From Candidatus Hydrothermales bacterium (GTDB lineage: Bacteria; Hydrothermota; Hydrothermia; Hydrothermales; JAJRUZ01), in the NCBI GenBank assembly GCA_039630575.1, contig JBCNUW010000012.1, forward strand, positions 1 through 60,232: 60,232 nucleotides of DNA, given 5' to 3'. The notes below the pieces were generated by a model. It had not been told where the DNA came from, made no database searches, and saw only the letters and a list, made by a program, of their open reading frames with translations. The position numbers were made by a program, and so were the translations under genes. Each line of letters opens with the position of its first letter. Positions within the stretch are counted from its first letter, which is position 1. Of the stretch, positions 51,013 to 58,679 are shown in pieces.

Positions 51013-51098
51013 AGTTTTATCTCTTTTAATCTTTCTTTTATGTCTCTCGTTTCGTTATAACTCTTAATAATCTTATAAAAAAGTTGACTTAATCTCAT
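51009..51098 (-). CDS. Putative 29-aa leaderless uORF coupled to the multiheme operon
   Basis: MRLSQLFYKIIKSYNETRDIKERLKEIKL*; ATG 5 nt after TATAAT; TGA overlaps the next ATG (ATGA). Confidence 0.35.
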   Translation of the reverse strand: MRLSQLFYKIIKSYNETRDIKERLKEIKL

Positions 51099-51133
51099 AT
51101 AAAATTATAAGCCTTTTAAAGGTTATTTTTTTT

Positions 51134-51994
51134 CTAAACTTCAATTCCAAAAATTTTCCTTAAAAGAGTTCCTATTAAAAAACTCAAGAAAGATACAGAG
51201 GTTATAATTAAAAACATTTCAAAAAACTTCTTTTTATAATCTTCATCGTAAACAACTGAAACATAAAAAGTAAAAAGTGCGATTATTATAAAGGAAAATA
51301 ATAAAGAAAATAACAGAGACAAAAAAGGATTTTTAAATAAAAAATAGGGAATTAGAAGTGTAACAACTACAAACAAATACATAATACCAGTATAAAGGGC
51401 TGATAAGAGGGGTTTCCTATCACCTAGTTTTTCAGTCTTAACAGATAAATACTCTGATCCGGCCATTGATAGCGAAGCCGAAAAACCAGCTATAAATGCA
51501 GCTATGGATATAAAGAGAGAATTTCTTAAAGCAAAAGTTAAGCCAGCAAGGGCTCCGGTCAATTCAACAAGAGCATCAGATACTCCTAAAATCATAGAAC
51601 CAACATACTTTAGTCTCTCTTCCTCAATAAAGGAAATAAGTTTCATCTCATGTTCTTTTTCCTCCTTTCTTATATTTAAAAACTCCTCAAAGTTACTTTC
51701 AAGAAACTCGTAGGTTTTTTCAGAAAGTTCCTCACCTTTCTCCATCAGTTTTAAGCCAAAAACTATTCCAAATAGCCTTATTACCAATTTATAAAATAGG
51801 ATCTTTATAATATTTGGCTTAACTTCAACTTTTGTAATCTCCCTTAACTTTTCGTAATGCTTTAGTTCATCTTCTCCAATTTTTTTAATTTTTTCTCTCT
51901 CTTTCCCCTTAATTTTTTCTGATAAGTAAAGGTATACGTAATACTCGGTAATTTCCTTTTTTTGGGCATCAATAAGGATCTTTTTTAATTCCAA
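51134..51994 (-). CDS. Rubrerythrin/ferritin-like domain + VIT1/CCC1 iron transporter (MbfA-like)
   Basis: ExxH pairs (DELKHY, EEKEHE), G..DALVELTG.LAG, LSMAGSEYLS. Confidence 0.85.
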   Translation of the reverse strand: MELKKILIDAQKKEITEYYVYLYLSEKIKGKEREKIKKIGEDELKHYEKLREITKVEVKPNIIKILFYKLVIRLFGIVFGLKLMEKGEELSEKTYEFLESNFEEFLNIRKEEKEHEMKLISFIEEERLKYVGSMILGVSDALVELTGALAGLTFALRNSLFISIAAFIAGFSASLSMAGSEYLSVKTEKLGDRKPLLSALYTGIMYLFVVVTLLIPYFLFKNPFLSLLFSLLFSFIIIALFTFYVSVVYDEDYKKKFFEMFLIITSVSFLSFLIGTLLRKIFGIEV

Positions 51995-52013
51995 ACTCTT
52001 AAGTTTTTTTAAA

Positions 52014-52508
52014 TCACTTTTTAGCTACAGGGTGTTTTATCTTTTCAAAAAATTCTTTAGATTTAAATTCCTTATATGTGGGAGATTCTGGATTATGACA
52101 TCTTTTACAAAATTCTTCGTTAGGTTCTATCATTCCTACTTCCTCAGGCTTGGTTTTACCTTCATAGACATTTTTCATAACTTGCATTGATTTATACTCA
52201 GAACCTGGACCATGACAATCCTGACAACCTACCCCCTCTTCACCATCCCATCCATTATGACAGGTAACACATTTTTCGGAAGTTAAAGGATCATCTATTC
52301 CCATTTTCTTTGCAATCTCTTTTGACTTTTCAGTTTTTAAAGTTTCAAAAGCCTTTGCATGAGTAGAATTTTCCCATATTCCCCATTGATTTCCTCTTGC
52401 TTCTGCCTTATGACACATCTTACAAACAGTATTTTTAACATATTCAAATTTCTTTTTTTCCTGAGAATACAAAGTTAAATTTAAAATTCCTAAGATTAAA
52501 ATCACCAT
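52014..52508 (-). CDS. Tetraheme cytochrome c (c554/c552-4 family)
   Basis: CKMCH, W..S.HAKAF, CVTCH, EGVGCQDCHGPGS.Y, CKRCH; signal peptide. Confidence 0.85.
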   Translation of the reverse strand: MVILILGILNLTLYSQEKKKFEYVKNTVCKMCHKAEARGNQWGIWENSTHAKAFETLKTEKSKEIAKKMGIDDPLTSEKCVTCHNGWDGEEGVGCQDCHGPGSEYKSMQVMKNVYEGKTKPEEVGMIEPNEEFCKRCHNPESPTYKEFKSKEFFEKIKHPVAKK

Positions 52509-52603
52509 CTGTTTATCCTCTAATTTGAAAATTTAGGATTTGAACCTTATTATTAATGATAGAATATCTTTTTAAAAATTTTCAAACAAAGGGTTTTAAA
52601 AAT

Positions 52604-53890
52604 ATGACACAACTTGAATACGCAAGAAGTGGAAAAATAACTGACGAAATGAGATATGTTGCAGAAAGTGAAGGAAAAAAACCAGAAGAAATAAGGGAAC
52701 TTATAGCATCGGGCAGAGTGATTATTCCAAGGAATATTAATCACAAAAACCTTTTAAAATTTAGTGGAGTTGGGGAAGGTTTAAAAGTAAAGATAAATAC
52801 AAACATAGGGACATCATATGATTATGTAAATTTAGAGGAAGAAATAGAAAAAGCAAGAATTGCAATCGAATACGGTACTGACACCTTGATGGATCTTTCA
52901 ACTGGAGGAGATATTAAGCAAATAAGGAAAAAAATTTTAGAGATATGTACTGTACCATTTGGAACAGTTCCGATTTATGAAGTTGAATTTACTGTAGCAA
53001 GGGAAAAGGGTTCAATTTTTGAGATGAAAGGGGATGATATTTTTAAGGTAATTGAAGAACACGGGAAAGACGGTGTTGACTTTATAACTGTTCACAGTGG
53101 TATAAACATAGAAACTTTAAAGATCTATCAAAATTCAGGTAGATTAACAGGGATAGTATCAAGGGGTGGAGGGTTAATTGCTGCCTGGATGATTGAAAAT
53201 AAGGAGGAGAACCCTTTATACAAGTATTTTGATAGGCTTTTAGAGATAGCACGGGAATATGATATTACACTTTCACTCGGAGATGGTTTAAGGCCTGGGT
53301 CTATAAACGATTCAACTGATAGAGCTCAAATAGCTGAGTTACTTATAATAGGGGAGCTTGTAGAAAAAGCCAGAAGGGCAGGTGTTCAGGTAATGGTAGA
53401 AGGTCCAGGGCATGTTCCATTAAATGAAATAAAAACAAATATTCAAATACAAAAAAAATTAACAAAAAATGCTCCTTTTTATATTCTTGGGATGCTTCCT
53501 ACTGACCGAGCTGCTGGTTTTGATCATATTGCTGGTGCTATAGGTGGTGCAATTGCCGGATGGTACGGAGCTGATATGCTTTGCTATATAACACCTGCAG
53601 AACATCTTGGTTTACCCGATGTAAATCATGTTAAAGAAGGTGTAATTGCCTTTAAAATAGCAGCTCACATCGCTGATATTGCAAGAGGAAATATTAACGC
53701 ATTAAAAGAAAACAGAGAAATGAGTGAGGCAAGATATAGACTTAATTGGGAAAAACAATTTGAACTTGCCCTTTTTCCTAAAGAAGCAAGAGAAATATTT
53801 GAAAAAAGAAAAAGTAACACTCAAGCTTGTTCCATGTGCGGACCCTTCTGTCCCATGAATCTTGTTGAAAAAATTCTTAAAAGAGTTTAA
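52604..53890 (+). CDS. thiC: Phosphomethylpyrimidine synthase (ThiC/Bza radical SAM family)
   Basis: MTQLE, KINTNIGTS, MDLSTGG, SRGG, GDGLRPG, EGPGHVP, TPAEHL, C-terminal CSMCGPFC; likely start 52604. Confidence 0.85.
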   Translation: MTQLEYARSGKITDEMRYVAESEGKKPEEIRELIASGRVIIPRNINHKNLLKFSGVGEGLKVKINTNIGTSYDYVNLEEEIEKARIAIEYGTDTLMDLSTGGDIKQIRKKILEICTVPFGTVPIYEVEFTVAREKGSIFEMKGDDIFKVIEEHGKDGVDFITVHSGINIETLKIYQNSGRLTGIVSRGGGLIAAWMIENKEENPLYKYFDRLLEIAREYDITLSLGDGLRPGSINDSTDRAQIAELLIIGELVEKARRAGVQVMVEGPGHVPLNEIKTNIQIQKKLTKNAPFYILGMLPTDRAAGFDHIAGAIGGAIAGWYGADMLCYITPAEHLGLPDVNHVKEGVIAFKIAAHIADIARGNINALKENREMSEARYRLNWEKQFELALFPKEAREIFEKRKSNTQACSMCGPFCPMNLVEKILKRV

Positions 53891-53919
53891 ATATAAAATA
53901 GCTTCTTCAATATTTATAT

Positions 53920-54357
53920 AAAAAAAGCCGGGTTCTCTTTAATTTTCAATTTAGTTTTTCTAAAATTCAGGAACCTTTTCTTTAAACTCCTTTAATTTAG
54001 GAACAGCTCCCTCGGCTTGAATCTCTCCGTAAGGTGTTATAACCTGGGCTCTTCCTACTATCTTAAAAGCAGAAGTGTATTCTGTTAATTGACAGACTAT
54101 TATCTCTCCATTTGATAAAATTTCTGTATGAGAAACTCTTGTCTGCAAACCTCTTGTAAGCCCCATTATTCTAACTCCATCTTCGAGTGCTTTTATAACA
54201 AGATACGGGTTACCATGGACAGGGTTTCTGTCCTCATATATATTCTTTTTTATTGTTTGCTCTCTTTTTGTCCCTTCTTCGTAATTTAACATACTTTTCC
54301 TCCTTTTTAAAACTTTCTTTTTAAAATACGGAAAATTTTAAAATAGAGAACCCGGCT
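53920..54357 (-). repeat. Perfect 13-bp inverted repeat bracketing the mtrB-like gene, followed by a U-tract
   Basis: AGCCGGGTTCTCT at 53926-53938 and AGAGAACCCGGCT at 54345-54357; on the minus strand the distal arm runs into a T-tract (plus-strand A run 53920-53926). Confidence 0.9.
53960..54292 (-). CDS. mtrB: Divergent trp RNA-binding attenuation protein (TRAP) homolog
   Basis: VIKALEDGV..GLTRG..T..H.E.L..GE..Q.TE.TSA.K..G.A...T.YGE aligns ungapped to TRAP; SD AAGGAGG. Confidence 0.88.
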   Translation of the reverse strand: MLNYEEGTKREQTIKKNIYEDRNPVHGNPYLVIKALEDGVRIMGLTRGLQTRVSHTEILSNGEIIVCQLTEYTSAFKIVGRAQVITPYGEIQAEGAVPKLKEFKEKVPEF

Positions 54358-54360
54358 CAT

Positions 54361-55677
54361 TTATAATTTTAAATCATTTTTAACAAAATCTTCAAGAACC
54401 TTTAGACTCCTTTGAGCAACAAATTCCATCTTCTTTTTTCTATTTTTTATAGCATCAATACCTGGATATAAGGAAAGATTAATGTTCATAGGAGAGAACC
54501 TTTTTGGATCTGAGGAGGTTATATAATTAATAAGAGCTCCAACTGATGTTTCTTTTGGAAAAACAATAGTCCTTTTGTGTTTTAAATAAAAATAAGCATT
54601 TAAACCAGCCACAAGACCAGAAGCTACTGCCTCTGTATAACCCTCTGTCCCTGAAATCTGTCCTGCAAAATATATTCTTCTTTCTTTCTTTAAACTTAAA
54701 TCTGGATTTAAAAGTTTAGGACCTAAGATATATGAATTTCTATGAACTGCACCATACCTTAAAAATTCTGCCCTTTGAAGACCTTTTATCATCCTAAAAA
54801 TCCTCTCCTGCTCCTTTATTTTTAGCTGAGTTTGAAAACCCACTAAGGAGAAACTTTTACCTTCCAAATCTTCTCTTCTTAACTGAACACAGGCAAAAGG
54901 TGTTTTACCTGTTTTCGGATCCTTAATACCATCAGGTCTTAAAGGACCGTATCTCAAAGTATCGAAGCCTCTTCTTGCCATTTCCTCAATAGGTAAACAG
55001 CCTTCAAAAAAATTTACTTCTCTTTCAAAATCATGGGGCCTGTGAATCTCTCCGTTTACAAGTTCTTTCCAGAAAATAGTATACTCCTCATAGTCCATTA
55101 TGGAGTTTAAATAGCCCTCATCATCTAATCCGTGTCTATCTTTAAAAAATAGCTTACTCATATCTAAGGAATCTCCTGAAACAATAGGTGAAAGTGCATC
55201 GTAAAAGTAGAAAAACTCTGAACCAGTTAGTTTTTTAATTTCATCGGCTATTTCACCTTCTGTTAAAGGTCCTGTAGCAACTATAACTATACCATCATCC
55301 GGTATCCTCGTAACTTCCTCTCTTTTTACCTCTACGTTTGGATGATGCTCAATTATTTCTGTAAGATACTTTGAGAATTCTTCTCTGTCTACTGTTAGGG
55401 CTTTACCACCAGGTAAAGAAAACTTAAAGGCAGCTTCTATGACAATTGAGCCGAGTCTTCTCAGTTCTTCTTTCAAAAGTCCGTGTGGGTGAGTAATTTC
55501 TTTTGATTTAAATGAGTTTGAGCAAACAAGTTCAGCAAAATAAGGAGTCCTGTGTGCAGGTGTGCTTTTTTTGGGTCTTTTTTCAAAAAGAATTACTTTA
55601 CAGTTTCTTTTTGCTATTTGCCAAGCTGCCTCTACTCCTGCTAATCCAGCTCCTAATACATATATCTTCTCACTCAT
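54361..55677 (-). CDS. trmFO: Folate/FAD-dependent tRNA m5U54 methyltransferase
   Basis: GAGLAGVEAA, ELVCSNS, FYDALSPIV, FEGCLPIE, RYGAVHRN, AGQISGTEGY; likely start 55677. Confidence 0.95.
   Translation of the reverse strand: MSEKIYVLGAGLAGVEAAWQIAKRNCKVILFEKRPKKSTPAHRTPYFAELVCSNSFKSKEITHPHGLLKEELRRLGSIVIEAAFKFSLPGGKALTVDREEFSKYLTEIIEHHPNVEVKREEVTRIPDDGIVIVATGPLTEGEIADEIKKLTGSEFFYFYDALSPIVSGDSLDMSKLFFKDRHGLDDEGYLNSIMDYEEYTIFWKELVNGEIHRPHDFEREVNFFEGCLPIEEMARRGFDTLRYGPLRPDGIKDPKTGKTPFACVQLRREDLEGKSFSLVGFQTQLKIKEQERIFRMIKGLQRAEFLRYGAVHRNSYILGPKLLNPDLSLKKERRIYFAGQISGTEGYTEAVASGLVAGLNAYFYLKHKRTIVFPKETSVGALINYITSSDPKRFSPMNINLSLYPGIDAIKNRKKKMEFVAQRSLKVLEDFVKNDLKL
54366..54395 (-). promoter_or_regulatory. 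Promoter TTGAAG-N18-TAAAAT inside the trmFO 3' end
   Basis: Predicts a start site at about 54360-54358, next to the first arm of the inverted repeat. Confidence 0.5.
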
Positions 55678-56401
55678 CTGTAACAAAATTATCAATCAGT
55701 TTTTTTGGAACCTCCTCAAAAAGATCGCTAATCCTTTTTAAATTTTTAAAATTATTTGAAATTTTCATTCTACTTGTCAGACAAAAAGAAGGAATTTTGA
55801 AATAATTTCCTATTAAAACAAGGGAGAAAGTTCCAACCTTATTTATTATCTTATCTTCATAAACTGCATCTGCCCCAAATATTATGGCATCTAATTGATT
55901 TGTAACCTTCGTAACATAGAAATCGGGAATTAATTTTGTCTCAAAACCAACTTTTTTTAACTCCTTCTCTGTAATTCTACCCTCTTCACCAGGTCTTGAC
56001 TCAGTACAGTATACAGTGGGACTAAAATTACTATCGATTCTTTTTAATTCTTTTAAAACCTTAATAGTAGTTGAACTTCTTGAGTGTAAAAGGATACTCT
56101 TTACATCTTTTAAAAGGTCATAAACTTTTTCCGATATCTTTTTTGGTGTCTCTTCAACTCTTCTGGTTAAATCAATTAAAAAATCTTTCAAATTCTCTTC
56201 ATTTACCTTAACTGTTTCTTCTAACAATTTGTAGAAAACAGCCATTGAGGGGTGAGTTTCTATAATTTTTGAGATAGCTTTTAAAAATTCTTCCTTTTCA
56301 ATTTTTTTTCTTGAGGTTAAAACACCTTTAAGAAAAATCAAAAGAAGTTCTTCACTACCTGATTTAAAATCTTTAAGTATTTTATGAACGATAGATTCCA
56401 T
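55670..56401 (-). CDS. eIF-2B alpha/beta/delta / sugar-phosphate isomerase family protein (short form)
   Basis: HPSMA, ESRP..EG, GADAV, NKVGT, LFEEVP; Ser (HSRSST) at the usual catalytic Cys position. Confidence 0.8.
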   Translation of the reverse strand: MESIVHKILKDFKSGSEELLLIFLKGVLTSRKKIEKEEFLKAISKIIETHPSMAVFYKLLEETVKVNEENLKDFLIDLTRRVEETPKKISEKVYDLLKDVKSILLHSRSSTTIKVLKELKRIDSNFSPTVYCTESRPGEEGRITEKELKKVGFETKLIPDFYVTKVTNQLDAIIFGADAVYEDKIINKVGTFSLVLIGNYFKIPSFCLTSRMKISNNFKNLKRISDLFEEVPKKLIDNFVTDE

Positions 56402-56413
56402 TTAAAAGCTTTG

Positions 56414-56486
56414 AGCGGGGGACGGGGCTTGAACCCGCAACCATCGGCTTGGAAGGCCGATGCTCTACCCATTGAGCTACCCCCGC
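56414..56486 (-). tRNA. tRNA-Gly(TCC)
   Basis: Anticodon arm TCGGC-CTTCCAA-GCCGA; no CCA. Confidence 0.95.
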
Positions 56487-56492
56487 ATTAAA

Positions 56493-56576
56493 TGGGAGGG
56501 GAAGGATTCGAACCCTCGAAGGCGTAAAGCCAGCGGGTTTACAGCCCGCCCCCTTTGTCCACTTGGGTACCCTCCC
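56493..56576 (-). tRNA. tRNA-Tyr(GTA)
   Basis: Anticodon arm GCGGG-CTGTAAA-CCCGC; long variable arm; no CCA. Confidence 0.95.
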
Positions 56577-56579
56577 AAA

Positions 56580-56651
56580 AGCCGGGGGAGGGATTTGAAC
56601 CCACGCCCTGCTGATTACAAATCAGCTGCTCTACCTCTGAGCTACCCCGGC
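56580..56651 (-). tRNA. tRNA-Thr(TGT)
   Basis: Anticodon arm GCTGA-TTTGTAA-TCAGC; one U-U mismatch in the T stem; no CCA. Confidence 0.93.
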
Positions 56652-56664
56652 TTTTTACTAATTT

Positions 56665-56693
56665 ATTATAAAATCAATGGACTCAAAATTCAA
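56665..56693 (-). promoter_or_regulatory. Promoter TTGAAT-N17-TATAAT for the tRNA Thr-Tyr-Gly cluster
   Basis: Near-consensus hexamers ending 13 nt upstream of tRNA-Thr. Confidence 0.65.
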
Positions 56694-56698
56694 TAACC

Positions 56699-58672
56699 CT
56701 ATGAAACTCTTAAACCAGGTTCCACTAACTTTTCAGTTGTTAATAGCACTATACCTCCCTTATCCTTTTCAACCGCCAAAAGCATACCCTCTGACAAAAT
56801 TCCTTTTATCTTTCTTGGTTTCAAATTATTTAAAATTATTACATTTTTACCTTTTAACTCATCCTTACTATAACTTTCCTTTATTCCAGCTACTAATGTC
56901 TTAACCTCCTTTCCTATATCAACTTCTAGTCTATAAAGCTTATCTGAACCCTCAATGTCGTAAACATTAACAATCCTTCCAACAACTAAATCTAACTTAT
57001 TAAAATCCTCAATACTAACATAATCCTTTTTTTCCTTCAAAACTTCTTCCTTTAAATTTTCCCTTATCCTTGGGAAAATTATCTCTACATTCCTTAATAT
57101 TTTTCCTTCATCAAGAAAGGGATTATATACTTCATCCCATAAGGGATCATTTAAACCCAAGGAATTTCTCAGTTTTCTCATTGAATACGGTAAAAAGGGG
57201 AAAAGAAGACAGGATAAAAGTCTAATTGCACTTAATGAATTATAAATTATCTTTCCCCCTTTTGACTTATCATTTTTTAAAACATCCCATGGTTTTGTAA
57301 AATCTATATACCTATTCACCTCTTGAGCAATTTCAATAATCTCTTGGAGAGCCTGTCGAAATTTAAAATTATCGAAATTTTCTTCAACCTTTTTTGACTT
57401 CTCTTTTATTACACTCCACATTCTATTTTCAAATTCTCCCTCTATTTTTTTCTCAGGAACCCTTAAAGAAAAATACCTCTCAAAAAGTTTAAAAACTCTT
57501 GAAAAGAGGTTGCCTATATCGTTAGAAAGATAAGTATCACAATCTTTTTCAAAATCCTCAATAGAAAATTCTGAGTCCTTTGTCTCAGGTAAAACCCTTG
57601 CAATTCCAAATCTTATGTAATCAGGATGGTACTTATCTAAAAAATCATCAAGCCATAGAGCCATTCCTCTTGATGTAGACATCTTTCCTTCCTTTGTTAC
57701 AAGATACTGGTTTGCAGGGATTTCAGATGGAAGTATAAAATCACCGTGTGCCATAAGCATACAAGGCCAAATAACTGCATGAAAAACAATATTATCCTTG
57801 CCAAGAAAATGAACAAGCCTAACTTCCCTATTTTTCCACCAATCCTCCCAATCTTTTTGAACTTTAAAAGCCCACTCTTGAGTTATTGTTATATATCCAA
57901 TAGGTGCATCAAACCAAACATATAAAACTTTACTCTTTGCCTCCTCAAGTGGAACTGGCACTCCCCAGGATAAATCTCTTGTTATGGACCTTGCCCTTAA
58001 ACCCTCTCTCACCCAGGAAAGAGCAAAATTTCTCACAAAATCTTTCCAACTCTTTTTTTCTTTTAACCAATTTTCTAAATCCTCTTTGAGCTTGGGGAGT
58101 AAGAAATAATAATTAAAAGTATCTTTTAAATGAGGTGTATTACCACATATTTTACATTTTGGGTCTAAAAGTTCAAAAGCTTCAAGCCATCTACCACAAA
58201 ACTCACACTGATCTCCTCTTGCACCTTCTGATTTACAATATGGACAAGTTCCTTCTATATACCTATCAGGTAAAAACCTTTGACAATTAAAGCAGTAATA
58301 ATTTTTTTCCTCTCTTTTTTCTATAAAACCCTTCTCATATAATCTTAGAAAAAAATTTTGAGAAAAACTTTTATGATGATCTCTTGTAGTCCGACCAAAA
58401 TAATCAAACGAAATATTTAACCTCTCAAAGGAATTTTTTATCAATTCGTAGTAATGATCAACAAGCTCCTTAGGAGACTTACCCTCTTTTTCTGCACTAA
58501 TTGTAATAGGAACACCGTGTTCGTCAGTTCCACATATATGAATAACATTCTCATTTTTTACCTTTAAATAACGAACATAAATATCAGCTGGAAGGTAACA
58601 ACCTGCTATATGACCCAAATGTAAAGGACCATTAGCATAAGGTAAAGCAGAGGTAACAAGTGTTTTTCCCAT
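56699..58672 (-). CDS. metG: Methionine--tRNA ligase
   Basis: PYANGPLHLGH, zinc knuckles, YVWFDAPIGY, GKDN, KMSTS, C-terminal tRNA-binding OB domain. Confidence 0.97.
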   Translation of the reverse strand: MGKTLVTSALPYANGPLHLGHIAGCYLPADIYVRYLKVKNENVIHICGTDEHGVPITISAEKEGKSPKELVDHYYELIKNSFERLNISFDYFGRTTRDHHKSFSQNFFLRLYEKGFIEKREEKNYYCFNCQRFLPDRYIEGTCPYCKSEGARGDQCEFCGRWLEAFELLDPKCKICGNTPHLKDTFNYYFLLPKLKEDLENWLKEKKSWKDFVRNFALSWVREGLRARSITRDLSWGVPVPLEEAKSKVLYVWFDAPIGYITITQEWAFKVQKDWEDWWKNREVRLVHFLGKDNIVFHAVIWPCMLMAHGDFILPSEIPANQYLVTKEGKMSTSRGMALWLDDFLDKYHPDYIRFGIARVLPETKDSEFSIEDFEKDCDTYLSNDIGNLFSRVFKLFERYFSLRVPEKKIEGEFENRMWSVIKEKSKKVEENFDNFKFRQALQEIIEIAQEVNRYIDFTKPWDVLKNDKSKGGKIIYNSLSAIRLLSCLLFPFLPYSMRKLRNSLGLNDPLWDEVYNPFLDEGKILRNVEIIFPRIRENLKEEVLKEKKDYVSIEDFNKLDLVVGRIVNVYDIEGSDKLYRLEVDIGKEVKTLVAGIKESYSKDELKGKNVIILNNLKPRKIKGILSEGMLLAVEKDKGGIVLLTTEKLVEPGLRVS

Positions 58673-58679
58673 CTAATAA

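Noticed and set aside
53926..54357. IS or MITE call for the inverted repeat
   Set aside because: No transposase and no clear target-site duplication; kept as a finding with the mechanism left open
56460..56904. 78-aa and 75-aa plus-strand ORFs
   Set aside because: Antisense shadows of the tRNA cluster and metG
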